DNA of 64,000 nucleotides, taken from the NCBI GenBank assembly GCA_963664195.1, contig OY760907.1, forward strand, positions 3,040,001 through 3,104,000. Direction: 5' to 3'. Origin of the DNA: an uncultured candidate division Zixibacteria bacterium (GTDB lineage Bacteria; Zixibacteria; MSB-5A5; GN15; FEB-12). Below the pieces are notes generated by a model, which had not been told where the DNA came from, made no database searches, and saw nothing but the letters and a program-made list of their open reading frames with translations. Shown in pieces: positions 30,488 through 39,615 of the stretch. Position 1 is the stretch's first letter, and the number at the start of each line of letters is the position of its first letter. The translations under genes were made by a program, and so were the position numbers.

Positions 30488-31243
30488 GTGATAAGCGATA
30501 ACGTCCAAATAGGCACGGCGGGATTCGGCTACAAAGATTGGCTGGGGAATTTCTATCCGCAGTTTTGCCCTCCGGCGGATTTTCTCCGGTACTACGCTTC
30601 AAAATTCTCTACGGTGGAGCTTGACGTGACTTTCTACCGGATACCTTCGGAAACAATGATCAAGAAATGGGCATCTTCGACTCCCGAGGATTTTACTTTT
30701 GCAGTGAAGTTTCCGCGCACGGTGACGCACGAGGGGGACATTTCCAGCCGACTTGAACAAGCTGAGCAATTCGTTTCTGTGATAAGCAAGCTGGGGAGTA
30801 GGCTGGGGCCGTTGTTGCTTCAGTTTCCGTGCAGTTTCAAGCCGGAGTCTTGCAGCACGCTGAAGGCGATTGTAGATTCGGTTCCTAAAGATATTCAACT
30901 GGCGGTGGAGTTGCGCAACAGAAGCTGGTTGTCAGAGGATTTGTATAAGTGGCTGGGCAATAGGGGGATAGCCCTTTGTCTGGTCGACCATATCCAGATG
31001 CCGAGGCTGTCAGTTAAGACGGCAGATTTTCAGTATATCAGGATGATCGGGGATCACCGGAGACTCACCGAAGATTTCAGTTTTGTTCGGCTGGACCGCG
31101 AGGATGATCTGCAATGGTGGCGCGACCTCGTGGTGCGGTTTGCTGGCGAAAGAGGCCGGATCTATGGCTATTTCAACAATCATTACTCCGGTCATGCGCC
31201 TACCACTGCCTGTCGATTCCTTGATCTGCTCCAGGCTGGCTGA
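30488..31243 (+). CDS. DUF72-family protein
   Basis: IGTAGFGYKDW, VELDVTFY, KFPRTVTH, LLQFP, YFNNH. Confidence 0.9.
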   Translation: MISDNVQIGTAGFGYKDWLGNFYPQFCPPADFLRYYASKFSTVELDVTFYRIPSETMIKKWASSTPEDFTFAVKFPRTVTHEGDISSRLEQAEQFVSVISKLGSRLGPLLLQFPCSFKPESCSTLKAIVDSVPKDIQLAVELRNRSWLSEDLYKWLGNRGIALCLVDHIQMPRLSVKTADFQYIRMIGDHRRLTEDFSFVRLDREDDLQWWRDLVVRFAGERGRIYGYFNNHYSGHAPTTACRFLDLLQAG

Positions 31244-31267
31244 ATCCCTTCGGTCTCAAGCTGTCCT

Positions 31268-31295
31268 CTAAAGTCTTTCCAGCGCCGTCCGATAG
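31268..31295 (+). promoter_or_regulatory. Sigma-28 (FliA/SigD) promoter upstream of cheW
   Basis: CTAAA-N16-CCGATAG, matching the SigD/FliA consensus. Confidence 0.7.
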
Positions 31296-31438
31296 TAACG
31301 GTAATAGCCGCTAACCCGGGAGAGAACCGTGTTGGTGGAAAAAGGACAGGGCTGAGGAGCAGAAGGCGGCACGAATAGACACCTTTCAAACCTTTGACAC
31401 GATAGTAGGACAAACTGATAATATAAGGGGTAGGTTGA

Positions 31439-31933
31439 ATGGAAGCTGAGGTTATGACAAAACAAGAACAGATCGGTGACGCAAATTCCGACGAGCTACA
31501 GCTGGTCTCGTTCAACATTGGCACCGAAGAGTTCGGTGTTGATATCCTGAAAGTGCAAGAGATCAACCGCATGGTGGAGATCACCAAGGTGCCGCAGGCC
31601 CCGCATTACGTCGAGGGCGTTATTAACCTGCGCGGCAAGGTGATTCCAATAGTCGATCTCAGGAAGCGCTTCGATCTGGAACTCAAAGAGTACGACAAGA
31701 ACACGCGCATTGTTGTGGTCGACATCGGTGGCAACATCATGGGCATGATCGTTGACGCGGTCTCCGAGGTCCTTCGTCTCTCCACCAGCACGATCGAGCC
31801 GCCGCCGGAAATTGTTACCGGTATCAATTCCGAGTATATAAAGGGTGTGGCCAAGCTGGACGACCGTCTGCTTATCTTCCTTGATCTCTCGAAAGTAATC
31901 GACGTTGAGGAAATGGCGGGATTTGGCGCCTGA
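31439..31933 (+). CDS. cheW: Chemotaxis protein CheW
   Basis: QLVSFNIG.EEFGVDILKVQEI, GVINLRGKVIPIVDLR, GMIVDAVSEV. Confidence 0.95.
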   Translation: MEAEVMTKQEQIGDANSDELQLVSFNIGTEEFGVDILKVQEINRMVEITKVPQAPHYVEGVINLRGKVIPIVDLRKRFDLELKEYDKNTRIVVVDIGGNIMGMIVDAVSEVLRLSTSTIEPPPEIVTGINSEYIKGVAKLDDRLLIFLDLSKVIDVEEMAGFGA

Positions 31934-31960
31934 TAGGCGGCCAGAAAAATCGAAGGTTAT

Positions 31961-31991
31961 AAGGCCGGTCTTGTTTGACCGGCCTTTTTTT
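31961..31991 (+). terminator. Rho-independent terminator after cheW
   Basis: AAGGCCGGTC-TTGTTT-GACCGGCCTTTTTTT. Confidence 0.85.
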
Positions 31992-32001
31992 GTTTCGGTC
32001 T

Positions 32002-32030
32002 TTGACACGAGGGCTTTCGAGTGGTAGAAT
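32002..32030 (+). promoter_or_regulatory. Near-consensus sigma-70 promoter
   Basis: TTGACA-N17-TAGAAT. Confidence 0.75.
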
Positions 32031-32052
32031 AACGGTGACCCGGGAGGTACGT

Positions 32053-33237
32053 ATCAACGACCGCATAGATTTCCTCTACACCGACATCGGTCGGGGCCAT
32101 CCGTTCTATCTCGACGGTATCATTGAAGCCGTTTCAAGCCGTTCTGCGTGCCGAATGGACTTAGCCCGCCACAATGTATTCGACTTGTCTTCGGGGCGCT
32201 CAACGCTCGCCTGGAAGGCCGCCAGATGGCTATACACCCGAGGGTCCTCTGGTGGGCTGGCAGGGGCCATCTACTCACGTATCCGCCGCGAGAACAACTA
32301 CAATCAACCGAATCGGATGCTCGGAATAATGGGGGGGGCTGTTCGCAAGAGATTCATGGATGGAAAAGGACCACTGGTCGTAGGGCACCCCTCGCTAGTT
32401 GGTATTCTGGGCGGCCGGGCAGGTCTCATGTATCAGCACGGTGAGATGATCACTCCCTCGGAAGCGGTCGTGATGGGCGCCGAAACGGTACTGGTACCTA
32501 CAGATCATGCGGCAAAGCCGTTTCTGGAGGCAGGCTACAAGCGGGAATCGGTCCGAGTTACGGGCCTGTGCATTGAGCAGTCCCTGGTCGAGGCTGCCGA
32601 GAGTATGTTTGGTGAGAGGATGCGGCGGCTGCATGTTGCAGGGCTGCCCACCGGGGCGTATTTTTCCTCCGGGGCTGAACCGACCGCCCATGTCGACAAA
32701 CTGGTTCGCTGCGCGGTGTCGGCGTCACGGGCCGGAGGGCAAGTTATTGTCTTTGCCCGCCGCGGGGGGCGACTAGACAAGCTGGCTTCTTTTGCGTTCG
32801 AACGTACTCTCAAGAACTGGGCGCGATGTGACAGTGTGAAAGATATCCCGACCGATCTTCCGTTGGCCCTGCTGGTCGCTCATGATTCGCGGCAGTCGGA
32901 GAACGATTTGACCTGTCGTTTGTTTCACCGCTTTGACTACTTCGTTGCGCCTCCTCACGAGCGTACAAATTGGGCGATGGGGCTCGGTCTCCCGATGTTT
33001 GCCCTGACACCGACTGTGGGGCCGTATGCGCCCCTGAACCTGCAGTTGCTGCTTAGCGAGATGACTGCCCGAGTGATTGATTCGCCGGTTGGTGCGGATC
33101 GATTCGGTGAATCGCTCGTGGCGCTGAGTCGTTCGGAAAAGCTGACTGCGATGGCTAAATCCGGTTGGGGGCATTATGACATCAACGGGTTTAGCAATAT
33201 CGCCGCGTATCTGCTCGACGTCTGCACTGCGGATTGA
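32053..33237 (+). CDS. Hypothetical protein, probable GT-B glycosyltransferase-like fold
   Basis: N-terminal IDFLYTDIGRGHPFY resembles the GxGH start of MGDG-synthase/MurG-like enzymes; also VRVTG and GLPMF. Start uncertain (ATC 32053 or GTG 32035). Confidence 0.6.
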   Translation: MNDRIDFLYTDIGRGHPFYLDGIIEAVSSRSACRMDLARHNVFDLSSGRSTLAWKAARWLYTRGSSGGLAGAIYSRIRRENNYNQPNRMLGIMGGAVRKRFMDGKGPLVVGHPSLVGILGGRAGLMYQHGEMITPSEAVVMGAETVLVPTDHAAKPFLEAGYKRESVRVTGLCIEQSLVEAAESMFGERMRRLHVAGLPTGAYFSSGAEPTAHVDKLVRCAVSASRAGGQVIVFARRGGRLDKLASFAFERTLKNWARCDSVKDIPTDLPLALLVAHDSRQSENDLTCRLFHRFDYFVAPPHERTNWAMGLGLPMFALTPTVGPYAPLNLQLLLSEMTARVIDSPVGADRFGESLVALSRSEKLTAMAKSGWGHYDINGFSNIAAYLLDVCTAD

Positions 33238-33250
33238 CTTGATTCAGAAG

Positions 33251-34243
33251 CTACTTGGCGGTTGCACCTTCATTGCTCCCGTCTGTCTTTGCGAGTTCTG
33301 CTTTTGCTCCCATCATCCGCTGAAGATTCGATTGCGACTGCGGGTTATCCGGCCAGATCGCCAGCGCTTGATTGAACTGCTGGAGGGATTCGTCTATGCG
33401 TCCTTGCTGTGCCGCGCAGATACCGAGTTGATTGTGTAGCTTGGATGCTTCGGGGTCTGTCGAATAGGCGAGACGGTGTGTCGTGAGGTCAAAGCAGGCA
33501 AAATCGTCGACCGTCGGCGGTCTTTCGAGGAGAGCGATGACATCAGCTTGTCCCTGTGAGTCAGTAGCCGCGGCGAGAGTCCGCCGCAGCATGAAGACAT
33601 AGGAAGAACACGGATCGATCATGCTGACCAATGACGACCTGAAGTACTCCTCGGCGATATCGTGCTGCTTAAGCCGCATGGCGACCTGTCCCATGTTACG
33701 ATACACCAACGCCTGGTCAACTTCAGAACCCAGTGACTTGCGATAGTATGTAAGGGCTTTCTCGGGCTGCTCTTTTGCTGCGTACAGGTCGCCGAGAGTG
33801 AGATAGATCGCTCCCCGCTGCTGAACTCCCGTTTTCAGGAGCTGGCTCAGAATGCTTACCCCGAGCACCGTGTCACCGCACTGAATATGGGCAATGCCCA
33901 GGTTGACCCGGGCACCATCGTAGTCCGGGTTGATATCGATTGCTCTCTGATAATTGATCAGCGCTGAGCTGCAATCGTGCTGCTGCAGCATACAGACGTC
34001 TCCGCCGTGTTTGAGACTGCGCGATTCGACTTCGATTCCCCCCGCGGATATCTTCTGGAGCCAGCCGGGGTTGACCGCAGTAATAACCGCCCATACAACC
34101 AGGCTGCACCACAAGAACAGAAGTGTCAGCGTGAGTAGAGTGCGAAGTCGGGAAGGATGCTCCTGCTTGCTTGTGTGAGATTCAGGCCGGTCGGAGTCGG
34201 ACCCGGAGTGATCAACAGGTATTGTGAAGAACGAAGACGACAT
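33251..34243 (-). CDS. Membrane-anchored TPR protein
   Basis: One N-terminal TM helix; TPR motifs YQRAIDINPDYDGARVNLG and FNQALAIWPDNPQSQSNL. Confidence 0.8.
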   Translation of the reverse strand: MSSSFFTIPVDHSGSDSDRPESHTSKQEHPSRLRTLLTLTLLFLWCSLVVWAVITAVNPGWLQKISAGGIEVESRSLKHGGDVCMLQQHDCSSALINYQRAIDINPDYDGARVNLGIAHIQCGDTVLGVSILSQLLKTGVQQRGAIYLTLGDLYAAKEQPEKALTYYRKSLGSEVDQALVYRNMGQVAMRLKQHDIAEEYFRSSLVSMIDPCSSYVFMLRRTLAAATDSQGQADVIALLERPPTVDDFACFDLTTHRLAYSTDPEASKLHNQLGICAAQQGRIDESLQQFNQALAIWPDNPQSQSNLQRMMGAKAELAKTDGSNEGATAK

Positions 34244-35450
34244 GTTTCTGTTCTTTCTTCAGGCGGTTGAAGGTTTTGCACGCTTCTTCGTTTTGCTGTA
34301 TGATAACCTGGATGCCTCGTCCGGTGAAGGCGTTGTATATGAACTGACTGGTATTGCTCTCAGGGAATCCCTTGCCGCCCTCACCGTTGTGACCACTGCC
34401 TATCAACAGAATGTCGGCTCCCTGCTTCAGCAGCAGCCGTTGGTCACGGAAATTGAACCCGTGCTTCTTGTCTACCGGGCGGAAAGAACCGTCGGGGTAT
34501 ATCATCAGGTCGAAGAACGGGATTGGCACTCCACGGTAGACCGTCAGCCCATGGTCGCAATACGTGATGCCGTCGCTGTAGTGCACGATGAAGAAGTAGG
34601 ATTGCAGTCCGATGAGTGCCAATGCGAGAGAGATCACGGTGAGTCGGAACGGCTGGTATTGGCTGAGATGAAACACCGTGAAGACGAGGAACGCCGAGCA
34701 GGCACTCAATAGCGCCACAATCCACCAGTATTCAAACTCGGTTAAGAGAGAACTAATGAACATCAGCGATAGAGTGCTCACAAACAGGAGCATCAACAGG
34801 CTGAGCGGATTGTCTGAGTATTCGCGAATGCGCCGATAGTGCAGGTGAGACAGGTCGTGGCGTATCGATGACAAGCTCTCTGTACCGAGATAGATAGCGG
34901 TCAGTCCCATGACCGTACCCCACACATCTTTTGCAATGTCGCTGACATCAAACACTCGGCTGCTGAGGAACATCTGAAAGCCCTCATCAAAGGACGAAAA
35001 CAGAAGAGCCAGGAAGCACGTGGTCAGGACTATGCGCCCCCGGCTGAATCCCTTGCGCGGGGACAGATCACGGTAGATCATGAACGCAAAGATCATGTAG
35101 GCGATGTAATGCCAGTTCTGTTGCAGATCATAATAGCTGTGATCAAAGTAGTAGTCGGCGAATTGCTGGGCAATGACGACCATCCCGATAGCAACTACAC
35201 TTGCCAAAATCCTCAGCCATGTGATGTGAGATCGGAAGACGATAAGAAACGCAATGCCCGCCACAACGGCTATCGTGGGCACAACGACTATGTCCAGTCC
35301 GAGCAGTGAGGTCTGATAGTGCGATGCCTCGCCCAGAGCTTGCTGCAGGAAGCCCTGGAGCATCAAGAACGGGGTAGCGACGAGCAACAGGCTGTATAGT
35401 TCGGCCTGAATCCTGGTGGAATGAACCCAGTGGAGGGTTGAATGGGGCAT
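34212..35450 (-). CDS. VanZ-like membrane protein fused to a C-terminal Mth938-like (DUF498) domain
   Basis: HYIAY...FDEGFQMFLSSRVFDVSDIAKDVWG (VanZ); ADILLIGSG...EEACKTFNRL...VLHNTC (Mth938/AAMDC); start reassigned to MPHSTLHW. Confidence 0.7.
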   Translation of the reverse strand: MPHSTLHWVHSTRIQAELYSLLLVATPFLMLQGFLQQALGEASHYQTSLLGLDIVVVPTIAVVAGIAFLIVFRSHITWLRILASVVAIGMVVIAQQFADYYFDHSYYDLQQNWHYIAYMIFAFMIYRDLSPRKGFSRGRIVLTTCFLALLFSSFDEGFQMFLSSRVFDVSDIAKDVWGTVMGLTAIYLGTESLSSIRHDLSHLHYRRIREYSDNPLSLLMLLFVSTLSLMFISSLLTEFEYWWIVALLSACSAFLVFTVFHLSQYQPFRLTVISLALALIGLQSYFFIVHYSDGITYCDHGLTVYRGVPIPFFDLMIYPDGSFRPVDKKHGFNFRDQRLLLKQGADILLIGSGHNGEGGKGFPESNTSQFIYNAFTGRGIQVIIQQNEEACKTFNRLKKEQKHVVFVLHNTC

Positions 35451-35763
35451 ACGGGCGTTCCACTCCAATGCAAAACGTATAGCAGCTGGCTCCGTTTTGC
35501 ACCCGGTCGCGGGGGAGATGGAACGTTGCCATGCTACCAACAACGTGATGAATATGCGGACGATCGGGATCGTGCCATGACGTTGGAGTAAGTGTATAGT
35601 CGTCCGTGGGTTGATTGGAGGTCGAATCAAAGGTGCCGGGCCACAACCTCTGCCACAGTATAAGCAATTTCTGCGATTCATGCAACTACTTGCACTTATG
35701 TCCATGTTTACCGCTGATAATCCGGTTGTTGATATTCGGAGATAAGCGTATATTGGCTCCCGC

Positions 35764-36987
35764 ATGATAAACCGAATGTTCACATTCTTCAGGCAATTCG
35801 ACCGCAACCTGTGGATTCTTTGTGTGGGTTGGTTTGTCGGTGCGGCCGGTTTTGCCGCTTCGATTCCGTTCTTATCGATCTACTTCTATGGCGAACTTGG
35901 TATGACGACGACCGAGATCGGCCTGTTCTTTGGCGCGATGGCGGTTGTGCGGTCAGTCTTTCAGGCAGTAGGCGGGGAAATGTCTGATCGCGTGAACCGG
36001 ACGATTCTACTTGTTTACTCGCAGCTTGCCCGTGCGGCGACGTTTCTTTTCATGGCGTTGGCCATCGCCTACGACTGGGGCTTCTGGTGGATTGCGGTGT
36101 TTGTCACCGTGAACTCGATCTTTGGCGGCGTGTTCATGCCGGCTGTGAATGCGCTGGTGTCCGACATTGTACCGGCGGCGAAAAGGCTGGACGGGTACGC
36201 CATTTCTCGAGCCGCGGGCAATCTGGGGTGGGCAGCTGGTCCGGCCATTGGCGGCTTTCTGGCCCACAGCTCCTACTCAGTGTTGTTCTATATTTCGGCT
36301 GTGATTACAACTGGATCCGGGTTGATTTTCTGGTTGTTTTTCAAAGCCCCGCAGCAGCAGAAGCCGCCCGAATCCTTCAAATTCAGAGACCTGGTTGCGC
36401 TGAAAGACGATAAGAACCTGGCGATTCACTCGATGCTGATTTTCTTCCTGTACCTGGTAGTGGCACAGCTCATTGCGCCGTTTTCCGTGTACACGGTCGA
36501 GATGGTCAAAATCACGGAGGCCGATCTCGGACTGCTGTTCACGCTCAACGGTCTGCTAGTCACGGCTCTGCAGATACCCACCACTCGTCTTCTGGGCCGT
36601 ACGCGATTCACAACTCAGTTGGCAGCGGGATCGCTGTTCTATTTCATAGGCTACGGTATGCTGGGTTTCTTCACGCATTTCAGTATGTTCGCGCTGATTA
36701 TCGTTGTGGTCACCATGGGGGAGATGATGATGTCACCACCTTCATTGACGCTCACCTCAAGGCTGGCACCGGAAGGGCGTATGGGGCGATATATGGGAGT
36801 GTACGGGTTTTTCGTGACGGCCGGATGGTCTTTTGGACCACTTTATGGTGGTTGGTTTCTGGAGAACTTCGGCCATGTGCCACACCTTGCGTGGCTGATG
36901 ATTGCTTCGCTTGCGCTGGTAGCCTCGGTGGGGTATGTGTGGTTCGGAAAACGGCTTCCGGAGGACTTCAACCGAAAGCCGATATAG
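35764..36987 (+). CDS. MFS transporter
   Basis: 12 TM helices; GGEMSDRVNR motif A, GWAAGPAIGG. Confidence 0.9.
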   Translation: MINRMFTFFRQFDRNLWILCVGWFVGAAGFAASIPFLSIYFYGELGMTTTEIGLFFGAMAVVRSVFQAVGGEMSDRVNRTILLVYSQLARAATFLFMALAIAYDWGFWWIAVFVTVNSIFGGVFMPAVNALVSDIVPAAKRLDGYAISRAAGNLGWAAGPAIGGFLAHSSYSVLFYISAVITTGSGLIFWLFFKAPQQQKPPESFKFRDLVALKDDKNLAIHSMLIFFLYLVVAQLIAPFSVYTVEMVKITEADLGLLFTLNGLLVTALQIPTTRLLGRTRFTTQLAAGSLFYFIGYGMLGFFTHFSMFALIIVVVTMGEMMMSPPSLTLTSRLAPEGRMGRYMGVYGFFVTAGWSFGPLYGGWFLENFGHVPHLAWLMIASLALVASVGYVWFGKRLPEDFNRKPI

Positions 36988-37000
36988 GACGCGGAGCAGG

Positions 37001-39589
37001 CTATTCGAGAATGACCAGTTTTCCCATCTGGGTTCGCTCCGGAGACTCCACCACCCAGTAGTACAATCCAGACACTACCAATTGCGTATTTCTCGTAATG
37101 AGATCCCAATAGTCATGCATCGACTCAGGCCCCCCCCCCGGCATGTTGTGGTCAATCTCGCGGATCAAATCGCCATCAAGAGAGAAGATGGATATCTTGC
37201 ACACCGGGGGCAGGTTTGAGAAATTCACGATATGCCAGCGGTCCTGCCCGGTTGTTCCGTCTCTGTTTTCATATCCACGTTCGACGTAGTCAGCATCAAA
37301 GCGGTATGGATTAGGGTATACGTAGACGTCCAGATTGTGTTCCTGTATGTAATCGACAGAGTGCTGCGGGTACTCCCGAATAGCGCTGTTCAGCGGTTTG
37401 GTCTCGAGGGCGCCCAGACCGGATTTCGGCGAGCCGTAGTCAAAAGCCGTAACGGAAACGTAGTACGGGATAGTCGGCAAGAGGTTGTCGACAACGAATT
37501 CGTATTCGTAATATTTGGGTAGAGGTGTTCCATAGTCGAATACTAGATCCTCCTCCTGCCAGGCCGTGGTGTCCGTGCCCGGGTTCGGAGCATCCGGGTA
37601 AACCTTGCGTATGCCGTCAGGATCGAGCAGACTCGATTGGTTGAAGTCCTGCTTCTCAAAGAAAAAGAACTGACCGTCACGACTGAGTGGATGCGCCCTG
37701 GTGTATCGCAGCGGGGCGAACGTGGAGTCATCATAGATCGCGCGAAGCTCTTCCAATGTGTACGGTTCTTCATCCCGTATCCATTTGCTGCCCTCGTCTC
37801 GGTCAACCCACACAAACCGGCTGTAGTCCTCGAGATCATAGGAGCGGACGACCGAGAAGCTTCCCGGCCGGTCATCCAGGGCGGTGTACACCCGGTAACC
37901 TTCAAAGTCGACCAGTTGTGTGAACACATCTCTGGTCGTTTCAGAGAAATAGCCGTTGAAGCGCACAGTTAGTTTTCCGTCAGAGGGAATCAGCCGCATC
38001 ATCGGTGCCGGGGGAGGGCCTGCGCCGCGAAAATCAGGGACGCCATCGCCCTCGTACCAGAGCGTTTCTGCCAGCGATGAATCGACGAGACCTTCGTAGC
38101 AAATCCGGTATTTGCCCCGGTAACCGTCGTCATCGGTGTCCACACCGGGGTTGTCGAAGACCCAGCTTGCCCAACGGGCATTCAGAGCCAGATCGGAAAA
38201 ATCGAGTTTGTCGATATACCGGTCGGGGTGTTCCGGATCCCAATACTCCTCCCAGTCGGTTGGATTCTGATGGAAATTCTCGCCACCTACCCACGCAAAG
38301 CTCAGCGGGAGGGTTTGTCCGGGTTCCAGGTCGAACGGTCCACATGACAACAGATAGCGAAGGTCATATCCCGAGGCATACCCTTTGGCATACGACGGCG
38401 GTGGCAGCCACAAAGAATCGGTTGCCGAAATAGTAGCTATCTTCATCAGATCGTAGTCGAACTCCTGGTTCCGCATGACATAGTATTTGTTACGGTCGCC
38501 ATCGGGCGTACCCAGGCCGGCACCGATATCTCGGAAGGGGTTCTGGGGCGTCCCTCTATGCCGCGGACCGAAATCCTGTTCCGCGTTGCCGTAGTTGGTG
38601 ATCCACCAGTTGTAGGCGAACTCAAGCGTGTCCGAAGGGGTTCGGACGATTCGTGCGCCCACGGCGCTGAGAATCGAGCGGTAGTCCCACCTGTTCGGGT
38701 TCACTACCGGATACGGATCGCCATCATTGTCGGTATGGTAGGCAATGCGCACGGTGTCGATGAAGCCGCAGCCTTCCGGTGCCGGGTGACTGAAATAAAA
38801 CCCGGCGATGTCGTCAGTCCAATGGTCATAGTCGGCCAGGGTCTCATGGAAAGCATCACCGTCGGCCCAGATGCCAATATAGAGTGCTTCGAGACGGTCA
38901 TAGCCGATGTTTTCGATTTCGAAGTCAAACAGCACGAAGTCATCAGCGTAGTCATAGCTCCATGCCATCGAGCGTTGCGTGATTTTCAGTCCGAGCGGTT
39001 TATGGCCGCGGCCGTCCGTGTTGTCCCGCCCGACAAGATTCGGGTCGACAATCGTATCTCTGTACTCGCAGACGATATCTTCCTCGGAATAAGCCGGTCT
39101 GGTGGGGTCGTAGTATTTGCTTGACGGGTTTATTGAGTTATATGTGAGTTTGCCTCCAAGTTCCTCAGTCTCCGGCCAGAACTCATTGGTCACATAGGAG
39201 TCTTCCTCGCCACAGGACACGAGTGTATCGCGTCCGACAACCGCTCCGATCCAGAATGCTCCTACCCAGAGCAGAGTGATTCCGCTGTTTATGGGGTACT
39301 CGCAGGAGGGAAGCATTTCGCCGGTCACAGGGTCGGGGATTTCGACTCCGCTGGAGCCAAACTGGCCGTTGTTGGCGATCGTGAGGCGCATTTTGCCGAC
39401 AGAGTGTGCGGCGTGGAGGACCATTCGGTCTGATGCAGCCCGTGTTTCGATGGCAGTTCGCGACAGGTCCGCCTTATTGATCGGCGGAAGGGGCTGTCGG
39501 GCAATCGAGTTGCCTGCCATGAGCAGTACAAGAAAGGCTGCCAGACACCTGCGTGCGTGGCAGCCTATGCTATTCGATCTATGCGTCAT
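37001..39589 (-). CDS. Large exported acidic protein with FlgD/T9SS-like C-terminal domain (paralog B)
   Basis: Signal peptide; FWIGAVVGRDTLVS; C-terminal VYVYPNPY...ISIFSLDGDLIREI...WDLITRN...SGLYYW...GKLVILE. Confidence 0.8.
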   Translation of the reverse strand: MTHRSNSIGCHARRCLAAFLVLLMAGNSIARQPLPPINKADLSRTAIETRAASDRMVLHAAHSVGKMRLTIANNGQFGSSGVEIPDPVTGEMLPSCEYPINSGITLLWVGAFWIGAVVGRDTLVSCGEEDSYVTNEFWPETEELGGKLTYNSINPSSKYYDPTRPAYSEEDIVCEYRDTIVDPNLVGRDNTDGRGHKPLGLKITQRSMAWSYDYADDFVLFDFEIENIGYDRLEALYIGIWADGDAFHETLADYDHWTDDIAGFYFSHPAPEGCGFIDTVRIAYHTDNDGDPYPVVNPNRWDYRSILSAVGARIVRTPSDTLEFAYNWWITNYGNAEQDFGPRHRGTPQNPFRDIGAGLGTPDGDRNKYYVMRNQEFDYDLMKIATISATDSLWLPPPSYAKGYASGYDLRYLLSCGPFDLEPGQTLPLSFAWVGGENFHQNPTDWEEYWDPEHPDRYIDKLDFSDLALNARWASWVFDNPGVDTDDDGYRGKYRICYEGLVDSSLAETLWYEGDGVPDFRGAGPPPAPMMRLIPSDGKLTVRFNGYFSETTRDVFTQLVDFEGYRVYTALDDRPGSFSVVRSYDLEDYSRFVWVDRDEGSKWIRDEEPYTLEELRAIYDDSTFAPLRYTRAHPLSRDGQFFFFEKQDFNQSSLLDPDGIRKVYPDAPNPGTDTTAWQEEDLVFDYGTPLPKYYEYEFVVDNLLPTIPYYVSVTAFDYGSPKSGLGALETKPLNSAIREYPQHSVDYIQEHNLDVYVYPNPYRFDADYVERGYENRDGTTGQDRWHIVNFSNLPPVCKISIFSLDGDLIREIDHNMPGGGPESMHDYWDLITRNTQLVVSGLYYWVVESPERTQMGKLVILE

Positions 39590-39615
39590 GCGGGGATTGT
39601 CTCTCCGTACATGCG

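Noticed and set aside
34212..34217. Cys-TGA at the end of the VanZ/Mth938 gene as a CU motif
   Set aside because: HxTC is the normal C-terminus of Mth938/AAMDC-like domains, and the frame closes again within 10 codons.
35451..35807. N-terminal extensions given by the ORF track (also 21491-21721, 4930-4977, 31975-32034, 46543-46614)
   Set aside because: They overlap divergent genes, promoters or terminators, and better SD-linked starts lie downstream.
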